A DNA stretch of 64,000 bases from a virus: the IMG/VR virus record IMGVR_UViG_3300020430_000007; one strand, given 5' to 3'. Under the pieces are notes generated by a model. It saw only the letters and a program-made list of their open reading frames with translations. It was not told the origin of the DNA and ran no database searches. This document shows, piece by piece, positions 28,765-39,806 of the stretch. The position numbers and the translations under genes were made by a program. Each line of letters opens with the position of its first letter. Positions within the stretch are counted from its first letter, which is position 1.

Positions 28765-30303
28765 ATGCCAGCCGTCATCACGAATCAGATCAGGGTATTG
28801 AATGCGTCTAATTTTGTTAGCGGAATTTCGACGACAAACAATAGTTACTATATTTTTATTGGATTACCAAATGCAACTGAAGTTGCGTCTGATTGGAATA
28901 CAAATACTCCATCACCCATAGACAATTTTGATGAGCATGATAATGTCTACGATACGATGATATCTGCAAAAAAAATTACATCAAATGATGTTCTTAGAGT
29001 TGTCAATAAAGTAAATTGGACAAGTGGAACAATATTTGAGATGTATCGTCATGATTATAGCGTCAATAACTTAAGTCCACAAACAAGTTCTACAAGTCTT
29101 TACAGTGCAAACTATTATGTTATGAATAAAGACTTTAGGGTTTATGTTTGCATATACAATGGATCTGCTCCATCAAATAGTGGGCAAGGTATAGTATCAC
29201 TTGTTGAACCACTACACACTGACTTACAACCCAGATTAGAAAGTGACGGTTATATATGGAAGTATCTTTATACCATAAAACCAAGTGAAATCTTAAAATT
29301 TGATAGTGCTAACTTTATGCCTACACCAGCAGATTATGCAAATAATCCTGACTGTGCTGATGTAAGAAATGCTGCTATAAATGGAAAAATTGAGGTAATA
29401 ACTATTGAGGACACGACTAATGCTGCCTATCAATTTAACGGCACAAAAAACAATGTTCCAATAAGAGGTGATGGTGATGGTGGATTAGCTTCAGTAACAT
29501 TTTTGAATGGTAAACCATCTTCTGTTCAAGTGACAAATGGTGGTTCTGATTATTCTTTTGCAACTTTAGATTTAGACTCAGTTGTTACAGGTGCTGGTGC
29601 ATCATTCTCTGTTATCATACCACCGCCAGGCGGTCATGGTGCTGACGTATACACAGAGTTAGGGTCAAATAAAGTATTGGTTTATTCGAGAATTGAAAAT
29701 ACTGATGTAACTAATCCTGATTTTCCTTCAGGAAATCAATTTGCCAGAATAGGAATTCTTAAAAATCCTATAGAAAATGGCAGCACTAATTTATTAACAG
29801 CAGCAAGTGTTACAAACACAAAAGCATTACGTGTAACAGGTGCTACTGCAGATAGTTTGTCAGCATCCATAGATGGTTTAATCACTCAAACTGTGGGAGT
29901 TGGATCAACTGCTGTAGGTAAAATTATATCCTATGATAACTCTACTCAAGTATTGAGATATTGGCAAGATAGATCTCTTGCAACAAATGATTCCAATGGA
30001 ACACCACCTACCTTTGGATACAAGCTAAATAAATTCAGCAATACACCTGGCACTGGCGGTAGCACTAACGTTGTTGTAACAACTTCCTCAGGGACAGAAA
30101 CCGTTGGTATTGACACTGGTTTTGTTGGAGTCTCAACAACAATAAATGCTAAAACTTTTTACTTCGGTCAATCGTTTACAAACGGAATAGCAGAACCAGA
30201 GATAAAAAAACATTCTGGTGATATCATATACATTGATAACAGACCAGAAGTGACAAGAGCCTCAAACCAAAGGGAAGATATTAAGATCATCTTAGAATTC
30301 TGA
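28765..30303 (+). CDS. gp8: baseplate wedge subunit gp8
   Basis: YRHDY, DGYIWKYLY, GDIIYIDNR, EDIKIILEF. Confidence 0.9.
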   Translation: MPAVITNQIRVLNASNFVSGISTTNNSYYIFIGLPNATEVASDWNTNTPSPIDNFDEHDNVYDTMISAKKITSNDVLRVVNKVNWTSGTIFEMYRHDYSVNNLSPQTSSTSLYSANYYVMNKDFRVYVCIYNGSAPSNSGQGIVSLVEPLHTDLQPRLESDGYIWKYLYTIKPSEILKFDSANFMPTPADYANNPDCADVRNAAINGKIEVITIEDTTNAAYQFNGTKNNVPIRGDGDGGLASVTFLNGKPSSVQVTNGGSDYSFATLDLDSVVTGAGASFSVIIPPPGGHGADVYTELGSNKVLVYSRIENTDVTNPDFPSGNQFARIGILKNPIENGSTNLLTAASVTNTKALRVTGATADSLSASIDGLITQTVGVGSTAVGKIISYDNSTQVLRYWQDRSLATNDSNGTPPTFGYKLNKFSNTPGTGGSTNVVVTTSSGTETVGIDTGFVGVSTTINAKTFYFGQSFTNGIAEPEIKKHSGDIIYIDNRPEVTRASNQREDIKIILEF

Positions 30304-30307
30304 TACA

Positions 30308-33300
30308 ATGCCACAGAACACCAATTTAAATGCTAGTCCATATTTTGATGATTTTGAGTCGTCGAAAAACTTCAATCGAGTTTTATTCAAACCTGGCACT
30401 CCTGTTCAAGCAAGAGAATTAACGACTTTACAATCTATCTTACAGGGACAGATTGAAAAATTTGGTAAACATATTTTTAAGGAAGGATCTGTTGTCATAC
30501 CTGGTTCTCTTGGATTTGATCAAGAATATACTGCTGTAAAAGTTGAGTCTACATTTTCTGGTGTTCCTGTTGAACTTTATTTTGATAGATTTATAGGTGT
30601 AAAAATAAAGGGTAAAATTTCTGGAGTTACCGCAAAAGTTGTTAAAGTTCTATCTGCATCTCAATCGGAGACAGGACATACTACTCTTTATATAAAATAC
30701 TTATCTTCTGGTAAAAACAAATCTCAAGAATTGTTCTCAAGTGGAGAGAATTTATTTACAACAGTTCCTGTTACTTATGGGACAACAACTATTGGTGGAG
30801 GTTCAGATTTTGCCACATGCATACAATCGAATGCTACAGCACAAGGTTCTGCTTTTACAGTAACAAAGGGTATATTTTTTGCTCGTGGTGCTTTTGTAGA
30901 GGTTCCAACAAAAACTATTTTATTAGATCAATACAATCCAAATCCATCATGTAGAGTTGGTTTTCTTGTAAAAGAAGAGATAGTGACTGCTGTAGATGAT
31001 GAGAGTTTATATGATAATGCTGCAGGATTCTCAAACTTTACTGCACCAGGTGCAGACAGACTTAAAATAAGTTTAGAACTTACTAAAAAACCATTAGATA
31101 ATCTAAGTGATGAAAATTTTATTGAGTTGTTTAGGAGTGACAAAGGAACAGGTGAGAAAATTGTCAACAATACACAGTACAACGAACTTGGAAAGGAACT
31201 TGCAAGAAGAACACATGACGAGAGTGGAGATTATTTTGTAGACAGATTTAGTTTACAAGCAAAAGAGTGTCTTAATGATAGACACTCTGTTTTTGGAACA
31301 TATTTTCCTGAGCAAAAAACTAGAAGAGGTAATGTACCATCAAAAGATTTACTCAATATAAAAATAGGACCAGGTAAAGCGTATGTAAAAGGTTTTGAGA
31401 TAAAGGTATGTGGTTTTAGAATTTTAGATATAGAAAAACCTAGAACTACAAAAAAAATAACAAGCAGTGCCATACCATTTCAAGCAGGAAATAAACTTTC
31501 AGTAAACAATACTTTAAACGGTGCTCAAATTAAATTAAACGCCACTAACTCTGATTTTATTGATTTACGTGATACAAGATTAGGTGCTACAAAATCGACT
31601 GCTGCTGGAAATAGCATAGGAAGAGCAAGGGTGTATGATTATAAAACAACTAATGCAAATTATACTGGCAATGAAACTCAATTTGATTTATTTCTTTGGG
31701 ATATACAAACTGATACCACAGTCACGATAAGTACAACTACCACTCTTTCTGTGCCTGCTTTTATAGAGGGTTCAAGATCAGGTGCTAGAGGTTATCTAAA
31801 ATCTTCCATATCAAATTCAGCAGATCTGGTGCTTACACAAACATCAGGTAAATTTATTGTTGATGAACCCATTATTATTAATGGTATACAAGATGGAAAG
31901 GTCGTTAGATCCATAAGCGAAAAAGATTTAGCAGATGTGAAATCAGTAAGATCAACTGGTGGATCAAGAACCTTTGCTGCAGATGTAGTATTAGAACCAA
32001 AACAAGATTTTGGTGGAAGATCTTTTACCATAACAACTGGTGGTGTGATAACTAGTGGAACGGTTGGTTGGGTTAAGAACTTTAAGGTAGGTGATATTAT
32101 ATCATATAAGTTAGCGGGGGTAACAGACAATACATTCAATCAAGTAAGTTCTATAAATCTAACAAATAGAACGGTAACTGTGGTTGCAGCACCTAATGAT
32201 GTTAGTGGTATTTGTAGTAAGGATTTACCAACCTCAAACGTTACTGTAAGTGGATTGCAAATAGTTGCATCCAACTTAAGAGCATCTCAAAGTGGATTTT
32301 TATATTCAGAATTACCAAACACCAACATAGAATCTATTGACCTTACAGATTCTTCCTTGCAATTTAGAGAGGAGATAACTGGTGAGAACACAGATGGTTC
32401 TGGACAATTAGACTTACCTTCATTGACAGGAACTGATAAAGTATACGCAGCTTTTGACGAGGAGAGGTATGGTATATTTTATTCTGACGGCACTATAGAA
32501 CCTCTAACATCTGATCAGTTTGTCTTGACAAATGGTAGTAAAGGTGCAACAATATCAGGTTTATCTGCTTCTCAAAGCAATGTTGTCGTTCACGTTACAA
32601 CACAAAAATCAAAGGTAAAAGCAAAACAAAAAAATCTTGTAAGAGGTAAGTCTATTACGGTTACAGGATCTGAAAGATCTTTTTCAGGTGTAAGCACATC
32701 AATCGCTGATGGTCTTACCTTTAGTAATGTATATGGTAAACGTGTACAAGATAGAGAGATATCACTTGACGTTGCTGATGTTGTTGATGTTCATGCCGTA
32801 TTTGAATCTTCAGGAAATGGTGTGCCAACTATTCCATCATTAGTATTGAATTCATTTACAGGACCTAATGGAGACAACTCAGATATTATATTAGGAGAGG
32901 TAGGCGTAGGAAAAAGTTCTGGTGCGTCTGCTATGGTCTTATCTAGAAGTGGCACTAACAAAGTAGAGGTTTGCTTCAAAAACAACTTTTCATTCAAAGA
33001 ATCTGAGGATGTTGTATTCCAAGAAAGTGGTATAACAGCAAATCTGTCTCAATTATCACCTGGCGATCCAAACATTAGAAATAATTTTATTGTAGATTCA
33101 GGGCAAAGATCTGAGTATTATGATTTTGGTCGAATAGTAAGAAAACAAAATTCTCCAAAACCACAGGGTCAACTTAAGATATTCTATGATCATTACACCA
33201 TTAATGCTTTAGATTCTGGTGATGTTGTATGTGTAAACAGTTATAGTGCAGATAGATATGACACTGTGCCTACATTTGGTGGTGCAAGAAACACTGATGT

Positions 33301-36300
33301 CATTGACTTGAGACCAAGAGTCGCTGATTACTCAGGAAGTAGATCTCCTTTTGAGTTTGACTCAAGAGATTTTACAACAACTGGATCAGCATCAAATGTC
33401 CTTGTGTCAGATGAGAATATAATTTTTGATTACAACTTTTACTTAGGAAGAATTGATAGATTATACCTTTCTTACAAAAATAATAGTGCAAATGGACTTG
33501 GTAGATACGATCACTCGTTTACTGTAAAAAAAGGTATTCCTGCTGTAAATCCCACAGAACCAGAACCACTCACTGACGCTTTTGAACTAGCAAGGATAGA
33601 TTATAAACCATACGTATATGATGCTACACAAGACGTTACTATAACTTCTCGTGGAAACAAAAGATATACAATGAAGGATATAGGTAAATTAGAGGATCGT
33701 ATTGAAACTTTAGAGGAAGTAACTTCTCTAAGTTTATTGGAAACTGCAACAGAAAATTTAGTTATAAGTGATCCTGACACAGGTTTAGATAGATTTAAGA
33801 ATGGGTTTGTTGTGGATACATTTAATAATTTTGACGTTGCTGATTTAGGTCAATCATCTCTTAAGTATGATATTCAAAATGGAAACTTAGTAGCAAGAAA
33901 AAATAATGACTCTATAGATCTTCTTATTGGGTCAGAACAAATTGTAGGGTTGAATGGAATACCTGATGTTACAGTCGATCCAAGATTTGCTAATGACCTT
34001 ACCTCACCAAACATACAAAGAACAGGTGATCTCATAACTCTTAGTTATACTAATATAATTGATTTTCAACAACCATTTGCAAGTCGAGTTGAGAATGTAA
34101 ACCCTTATATGACTCGTAAGTATAAAGGTAGTCTTACATTAAATCCACAGAGTGATGTATTTGTAGATAGAAGAGTTATTACAAGAGATGGTGGCATAGG
34201 TTATGGTAATGATTTTATCTCACAAACCGAACCTGTTCCCACAATTAGAGAGCAAAATATTCAATTTGTTGCAACAAGACTAAAACCAAACACGCTTCAC
34301 TTTTGCTCTTTTGATGCTGAAGATATGATTGAAAGTAGGAGTCGTGTTATACCAAAACTTTTAGAAGTAGCTCCAATTCAAGGTTCTTTCCAAATAGGTG
34401 AGACTGTTCGTGGTGCAACTGTTGATACTCAAAACGTAAGTCAAGGGACAGGACTTAGATTTAGATTATGTGTTCCTGATCATAAAGACGGTCCTTTTAA
34501 TGATCCTACAGTTGTTTACGCCATCAATCCTTACAGCGACGAAGTGGTCGGATTACCATCTGAGTATTCAGAAACATCAACAGTGTTAAATGTTGATACT
34601 GCCTCTCTAAACCAAAAATCTGATGGAAATTTCTTTGGTCAAGCATTAATAGGAATGAGACTGGTTGGTGAGACTAGTGGTGCTGAAGCACAAATAACCA
34701 ATCTAAGATTGGTATCTGACGATCTTGGAGCAATCATAGGAAGTTTGTACATTAGAGGTCAAACTTTTGACGCAGGTACAAGCACACTTATTCTCTCAAG
34801 TCTAAGACCTCAAGATCAAATATCAGGTTTAAACTTTAGTTCTGCTGGAGCTGATTTTTTCTCTGAGGGATTTGAAATAACAGAAACCACAATAACAAGA
34901 AGAGAACCTGCTCCCCCTGTCATTCCACCTCCAGTTATAATCAACAATACCGTTATACAAGAAGTTGAGGTTCCTGTTGTACAAACAGTTGTTCAAGAAG
35001 TTCAGGTAGAAGTTCCTGTTGAGGTTGTGGTAGAGAGGGAAGTTCCTGTTGAGGTATTTGTTGAAGTCCCATCCCCTCCTCCAGAACCTGAAATTGTAAC
35101 AGTTTTTGTAGATAGAATTGTAGAGGTTCCAGTTGTTGAAGTTAGAGAAGTTGTAAGAGAGGTAGAAGTTGTAAGAATTGTAGAGGTTCCAGTTGACCCT
35201 TGGGATGAAGATGATGACCCATTAGCACAAAGTTTCATTGTCAGTGATGAACCAGGTTGTTTTATGACTGCTGTTGATTTATTTTTCCAAAGTAGATCTG
35301 AAACAATACCTCTAGAGGTTCGTATTGCTCCTGTAGTTAATGGTTATCCAACTAGAGATATAGTGCCAAATTCTATTTGTATATTGAATCCTAGAGACGT
35401 TAATATATCCGATGATGCTACGATACCTACACGATGTACGTTCCCGTCTCCAGTATATTGTCCTTCTGGTGAGTATGCATTTGTTGTCCTTACAATGACA
35501 GATGAGTATAATCAGTGGATATCACAAGTTGGAGAAGTTGAGATAAGCAGTGCCAATGCATCAGAGTTACAAAAAGTTGTCATAAGTAAACAACCTACAT
35601 TAGGATCCTTGTTTAAGGGTCAGAATGCTGGAACGTGGACTGCCTCTCAACTTGAAGACATGAAGTATACTGCTTATAAGGCACAGTTTACTGATCAGAC
35701 TGGCACATTTAGAATGTACAATCCACAATTAGGAGATTTTGCTGAAAGAAATCAACTTCCAGAAAACCCCATTGAAACATTTTCTAGAAGAGTTGTTGTT
35801 GGGTTAGGATCTGCTATTGATTCAGGTATAATTGATATTGGTACTCAAATAAAACAAAACAATAGAACTGCAAATGGTTTTGTAACTGAAAAACTCTCTC
35901 ATTTAGATGAGGGTGGATCAGCACTTACAATACTCAATGCAGGAACTGGATATGAGGATGGTCAATATAATGATGTATCATTGATAACAGTGACAGGATC
36001 TGGATCGAATGCCACAGCAAATATAAGTGTTGACGGTAACGTAGCGACTGCTGTTACAGTCACTTCTTCAACTGGCACAGGATATGTTGTAGGTGACACT
36101 TTGACTGCACTAATAGGAACAAAAGGATTAGGTCAAAACTTGACATTCAATGTTGGTGTAACAACAGGTGTAAACTCACTTGTACTTACAAATGTAAGTG
36201 GTAATGATTTCAACACTACAGATCTAATTCAATATCATGATTCAAGTTTAGGTTACGGTGTTACTGTCAATGATATTGTGCCATCCACTGTGACTGTAAA

Positions 36301-37615
36301 CTCTGATCAATTTGATGGAAAAATATTTAAGGTAAGTCATCCTAATCACGGTATGCATGACGTAAATAATGTAGTCAAAATTTCTGGTGTAACTGGTGAT
36401 CTTCTGCCTACAAGACTCACTGTTGGATATGCGGTTAGTCAAACAAGTGCTGTTAGTGTTGCTAGTAGCATAGGTTTCAATTTCTTTGAGGGAACTCAAG
36501 TATCTGCAAGTAATCCTGGCGTTGCCCTTATAGGTGATGAAGTAATTACTTATACTTCAGTTGGAGTAAATCAATTGACAGGAACAATTACCAGAGGTCT
36601 TGATAACACTTTTGCAAGAACTTATGAGATAGATGCTCCAGTTCAAAAATACGAATTATCAGGTGTTTCCTTACGCAAAATTAATAAAACTCATAATATG
36701 GTAGATGTCACCAATACAATTGAAGGCAAGACTACTTTAGATGCTTATCATATTAAGATATCTGGAGACGTATTTTTCAACAAAGATAAGTTTGGCGGTG
36801 GCACAAGAGCAAGAGCATCTTCAAATATTCTTTTTGACACTATTGAACCTAGTATTGCATCAAGTGTTCCAGAAGGATCATCTTTATTAGCATCAGTAAG
36901 AACAACCTCTGCAACAAGTGTTGATGGTTCTCAAACATCCTTTGAAGATCAAGGGTTTGAGGACATATCACTTGCAGGTGAAACTAAGTTCACAAGTCCA
37001 AGAATGGTTGCCTCAGGTGAAAATGAGCAAACTAAAGCAACTTTGGTTGCATTACCTGGCAATAAGTCATTTACAGTAGAGATGAATTTGAGTACAAGTA
37101 ATAGACTTGTATCTCCTGTTATTGACGCTTTTGGTAGTTCTATACTAACTAAATCAACAAGGGTTAACTCTCCCATATCAAATTATACAACTGACAATAG
37201 AGTTAATAAACTAGAGGATCCCCATGAATTATTATATCAAACAAAGGTCATAAAACTTGACAATCCATCATCTGCTATAAAGGTTTTATTTGCTGCTAAT
37301 AGACCAGCAGCATCCGATATAAGAGTTTTATATCGTTTAGAAAGAGTAGATGGAAATGAGTTGGATCAAATTTTTGAACTATTTCCTGGTTTTGACAATC
37401 TTGACGCATCAGGTAATATTATCTCTGATAAAAATAATAGTGGTAGACCAGATGTAAATATATCACCTAGTATTCAAGATCAATTCAATGAGTATGAATT
37501 TACAATTTCTAATTTACCACAGTTTACAGGATTCCAAATAAAAATAGTTATGTCCACAACAGATCAATCACAAACTCCAAAATTAAAAGATTTTAGAGCA
37601 ATAGCAACAGCATAA
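30308..37615 (+). CDS. large virion structural protein, DUF4815/VrlC-like
   Basis: NLNASPYFDDF, VQARELTTLQ, APGADR, LARRTHDESGDY, KRYTMKDIG, DPLAQSF. Confidence 0.85.
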   Translation: MPQNTNLNASPYFDDFESSKNFNRVLFKPGTPVQARELTTLQSILQGQIEKFGKHIFKEGSVVIPGSLGFDQEYTAVKVESTFSGVPVELYFDRFIGVKIKGKISGVTAKVVKVLSASQSETGHTTLYIKYLSSGKNKSQELFSSGENLFTTVPVTYGTTTIGGGSDFATCIQSNATAQGSAFTVTKGIFFARGAFVEVPTKTILLDQYNPNPSCRVGFLVKEEIVTAVDDESLYDNAAGFSNFTAPGADRLKISLELTKKPLDNLSDENFIELFRSDKGTGEKIVNNTQYNELGKELARRTHDESGDYFVDRFSLQAKECLNDRHSVFGTYFPEQKTRRGNVPSKDLLNIKIGPGKAYVKGFEIKVCGFRILDIEKPRTTKKITSSAIPFQAGNKLSVNNTLNGAQIKLNATNSDFIDLRDTRLGATKSTAAGNSIGRARVYDYKTTNANYTGNETQFDLFLWDIQTDTTVTISTTTTLSVPAFIEGSRSGARGYLKSSISNSADLVLTQTSGKFIVDEPIIINGIQDGKVVRSISEKDLADVKSVRSTGGSRTFAADVVLEPKQDFGGRSFTITTGGVITSGTVGWVKNFKVGDIISYKLAGVTDNTFNQVSSINLTNRTVTVVAAPNDVSGICSKDLPTSNVTVSGLQIVASNLRASQSGFLYSELPNTNIESIDLTDSSLQFREEITGENTDGSGQLDLPSLTGTDKVYAAFDEERYGIFYSDGTIEPLTSDQFVLTNGSKGATISGLSASQSNVVVHVTTQKSKVKAKQKNLVRGKSITVTGSERSFSGVSTSIADGLTFSNVYGKRVQDREISLDVADVVDVHAVFESSGNGVPTIPSLVLNSFTGPNGDNSDIILGEVGVGKSSGASAMVLSRSGTNKVEVCFKNNFSFKESEDVVFQESGITANLSQLSPGDPNIRNNFIVDSGQRSEYYDFGRIVRKQNSPKPQGQLKIFYDHYTINALDSGDVVCVNSYSADRYDTVPTFGGARNTDVIDLRPRVADYSGSRSPFEFDSRDFTTTGSASNVLVSDENIIFDYNFYLGRIDRLYLSYKNNSANGLGRYDHSFTVKKGIPAVNPTEPEPLTDAFELARIDYKPYVYDATQDVTITSRGNKRYTMKDIGKLEDRIETLEEVTSLSLLETATENLVISDPDTGLDRFKNGFVVDTFNNFDVADLGQSSLKYDIQNGNLVARKNNDSIDLLIGSEQIVGLNGIPDVTVDPRFANDLTSPNIQRTGDLITLSYTNIIDFQQPFASRVENVNPYMTRKYKGSLTLNPQSDVFVDRRVITRDGGIGYGNDFISQTEPVPTIREQNIQFVATRLKPNTLHFCSFDAEDMIESRSRVIPKLLEVAPIQGSFQIGETVRGATVDTQNVSQGTGLRFRLCVPDHKDGPFNDPTVVYAINPYSDEVVGLPSEYSETSTVLNVDTASLNQKSDGNFFGQALIGMRLVGETSGAEAQITNLRLVSDDLGAIIGSLYIRGQTFDAGTSTLILSSLRPQDQISGLNFSSAGADFFSEGFEITETTITRREPAPPVIPPPVIINNTVIQEVEVPVVQTVVQEVQVEVPVEVVVEREVPVEVFVEVPSPPPEPEIVTVFVDRIVEVPVVEVREVVREVEVVRIVEVPVDPWDEDDDPLAQSFIVSDEPGCFMTAVDLFFQSRSETIPLEVRIAPVVNGYPTRDIVPNSICILNPRDVNISDDATIPTRCTFPSPVYCPSGEYAFVVLTMTDEYNQWISQVGEVEISSANASELQKVVISKQPTLGSLFKGQNAGTWTASQLEDMKYTAYKAQFTDQTGTFRMYNPQLGDFAERNQLPENPIETFSRRVVVGLGSAIDSGIIDIGTQIKQNNRTANGFVTEKLSHLDEGGSALTILNAGTGYEDGQYNDVSLITVTGSGSNATANISVDGNVATAVTVTSSTGTGYVVGDTLTALIGTKGLGQNLTFNVGVTTGVNSLVLTNVSGNDFNTTDLIQYHDSSLGYGVTVNDIVPSTVTVNSDQFDGKIFKVSHPNHGMHDVNNVVKISGVTGDLLPTRLTVGYAVSQTSAVSVASSIGFNFFEGTQVSASNPGVALIGDEVITYTSVGVNQLTGTITRGLDNTFARTYEIDAPVQKYELSGVSLRKINKTHNMVDVTNTIEGKTTLDAYHIKISGDVFFNKDKFGGGTRARASSNILFDTIEPSIASSVPEGSSLLASVRTTSATSVDGSQTSFEDQGFEDISLAGETKFTSPRMVASGENEQTKATLVALPGNKSFTVEMNLSTSNRLVSPVIDAFGSSILTKSTRVNSPISNYTTDNRVNKLEDPHELLYQTKVIKLDNPSSAIKVLFAANRPAASDIRVLYRLERVDGNELDQIFELFPGFDNLDASGNIISDKNNSGRPDVNISPSIQDQFNEYEFTISNLPQFTGFQIKIVMSTTDQSQTPKLKDFRAIATA
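34905..35200 (+). repeat. low-complexity Val/Glu/Pro (EVPV) repeat tract within the CDS
   Basis: Repeated GA(A/G)GTTCC(T/A)GTT units encoding EVPV/VEVPV. Confidence 0.8.
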
Positions 37616-37672
37616 AAAAAAGTATGATAAACGCATGGTCATTAGCAGCAGAAATTTTAGAGGGCACATTAG

Positions 37673-37882
37673 ATGAAACATTTCCAATCAAAAAGAACAC
37701 AAGTCGAAAATCATCCCTCCCTACAGAGAGACACAAGAACAAATGCAATAGTCAACAACGACCAGACTGCTTACAATCGTTACATGAATAGAAAACAAGC
37801 AGGCATGAAACAAAAAGCAGAGATTGATGAATTAAGAAACGAAATTGAGATTTTAAAGTCTTTGTTATTAAATAATAAATAG
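37673..37882 (+). CDS. small conserved phage protein with C-terminal coiled coil
   Basis: VENHPSLQRD..TNAIVN motif followed by heptad pattern. Confidence 0.7.
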   Translation: MKHFQSKRTQVENHPSLQRDTRTNAIVNNDQTAYNRYMNRKQAGMKQKAEIDELRNEIEILKSLLLNNK

Positions 37883-37902
37883 AAATACTGTAATAGGTTT
37901 AT

Positions 37903-38241
37903 ATGGCAGTCCCCTCAGTAAATATTCAAATTGAGAAAGGAACTGACTTTTCTTCAACTTTTGACTTGAAGAAAAGAGACAATGATCCATTGGACCTTAC
38001 ACCATATGATTTTTCTGTAAAGATGAGGAAACATTCAGAAGCATCTGGATCTGTTTCTTTTGCTACCACTTATGGTGGACAACCCGCAAAGGGTAATCTA
38101 ACAATATCTCTGACTGATACTCAGACTGGTATTATCACAGCAGGAAGATATGAATATGATGTGGTTATAACTAACCGCAACAGTAACATAAAGACCAAGG
38201 TTATAACTGGTCAAGCACTTGTAAACCCAACAGCATCGTGA
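37903..38241 (+). CDS. putative virion structural or adaptor protein
   Basis: IEKGTDF...GRYEYDVV pattern; late promoter ATAAATA at 37875-37881. Confidence 0.7.
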   Translation: MAVPSVNIQIEKGTDFSSTFDLKKRDNDPLDLTPYDFSVKMRKHSEASGSVSFATTYGGQPAKGNLTISLTDTQTGIITAGRYEYDVVITNRNSNIKTKVITGQALVNPTAS

Positions 38242-38242
38242 T

Positions 38243-38587
38243 ATGTCAGTACAAGTTGTTGCAGTTGGAATTGTATCAAGTCATGCCGACACTAATCTAG
38301 ATGGTCAACCATCAGTCAAATTTACAATTGAGCAGGAAGACACAGTGGCAAACATTCGAGACATCTCTGACATCGTATCTACATCAATTGGTGTTGGGGT
38401 AGGGACGAATTTTGTTTTATCCTATGATCCATCTGCTGATAACTTTGTTTTTATAAGTCCAGATGCAGTAGTAAATTCTGCTGCTGGAAATTTATCTGGT
38501 CCTGAGGGATTTGATGCTTCTGTTGTTACTGCTCTTGCTGAAGATCTAGACAATCAAATTGATCTTGATGCTGGAACTTGGTCATAA
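38243..38587 (+). CDS. hypothetical structural protein
   Basis: 114-aa ORF with a fibre-like C-terminal DAGTW. Confidence 0.6.
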   Translation: MSVQVVAVGIVSSHADTNLDGQPSVKFTIEQEDTVANIRDISDIVSTSIGVGVGTNFVLSYDPSADNFVFISPDAVVNSAAGNLSGPEGFDASVVTALAEDLDNQIDLDAGTWS

Positions 38588-38617
38588 AATCTAAATACAC
38601 AAAGGTAATAGGAACAA

Positions 38618-39604
38618 ATGAGTAATCCAGTACTTCAGTTTAAGAGGGGTAATCTTGCTAGTCTACCTGGTCTAAGAGCAGGTGAACCAGGTTTTACAAT
38701 TGACAAGTACGATTTGTACGTTGGTATTGACTCAACAACAACCAATAACCAATTTATAGGATCCTCTCGATTCTGGACAAAAGAAACAACAACCACAGGA
38801 TCTGGTGTAAATTTAGTTGAAGGAACGAATAACGGTGTACATAAGGTTGTTCTAAAAGCACCCTCTACCATAGGTTCAGATCAAGAATATACTTTTCCTG
38901 CTGCAGCAGTCAATACAGGATACTTAAAGTCTGATGGAAGCGGTAATCTAACATGGGACACAGCTCCTAATGCACCTGCAGCAGGTGGGTCGGGTGCTGC
39001 TGAAGTTAATGTGTCTGGTGTAGGTACAGTAACAAATTTAAAATCAAGTGACATTGTTGTGTCTGCTGGTGCCACTTTTGCTTCTGCTCAAGTGAGTGAT
39101 CTTACCTCAGGTAGAGTCGTTCTCGCTGGCACAAACGGTGAGTTAGAAGATAGTGGAAATTTAGCATTTACTGGCACACAATTGAATGTAACTGGAAATG
39201 CAAACGTTACAAGCGATTTGTCTGTTGGAGGTAATCTAACAATAAGTGGTTCTGTAACACAGATTAACACTGTTAACACAACTGTAGAAGATGTTCTGTT
39301 AGAATTACAGGTTGTAGATGGTTCTGTTTTAACTGGAGATACTAACAAAGACGTTGGTATTATTATGAATTACTACAGTGGTTCTGCCAAAAAAGCTGCT
39401 GTATTTTGGGATGACTCTGCAGGTAGAATAGTTCTTGCTGAGGAGGCATCTGAGTCATCAAGTGTATTAACGGTTAGCACGACTGCATCATTAGAGATTG
39501 GTGGTTTGTTTGTAAATGATTGTGCAGGTCAAACACAAGTTATTTCTTGCTCAGGAACCACTCGCTCACTAGAAAATATAACCATAGACGGTGGTTCATT
39601 CTAG
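38618..39604 (+). CDS. tail fibre-like protein
   Basis: LQFKRG/GEPGF N-terminus, G/T/S-rich, ends IDGGSF; CTAAATA at 38591-38597. Confidence 0.8.
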   Translation: MSNPVLQFKRGNLASLPGLRAGEPGFTIDKYDLYVGIDSTTTNNQFIGSSRFWTKETTTTGSGVNLVEGTNNGVHKVVLKAPSTIGSDQEYTFPAAAVNTGYLKSDGSGNLTWDTAPNAPAAGGSGAAEVNVSGVGTVTNLKSSDIVVSAGATFASAQVSDLTSGRVVLAGTNGELEDSGNLAFTGTQLNVTGNANVTSDLSVGGNLTISGSVTQINTVNTTVEDVLLELQVVDGSVLTGDTNKDVGIIMNYYSGSAKKAAVFWDDSAGRIVLAEEASESSSVLTVSTTASLEIGGLFVNDCAGQTQVISCSGTTRSLENITIDGGSF

Positions 39605-39632
39605 ACTATATACTATAGTTTAATTGATTAAC

Positions 39633-39806
39633 ATGAATGAAGAAGTGAACGCTGTATTGCAAGTTTATCAAGCAAAAGTAAATAACTTACTCGCACAAAA
39701 CATAGCGTTAGAAGCAAAAATTATAACCTTAACAAAAACCATAGAAAGTTTACAGAAGTCATCAGAACAGGATTCTAATTCAGTTGTGGATGGCGGAGAA
39801 GTGTGA
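39633..39806 (+). CDS. small coiled-coil protein, possible fibre chaperone
   Basis: YQAKVNNLLAQNIALEAK heptads; ends VDGGEV; first ATG at 39633 (track 39624). Confidence 0.6.
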   Translation: MNEEVNAVLQVYQAKVNNLLAQNIALEAKIITLTKTIESLQKSSEQDSNSVVDGGEV

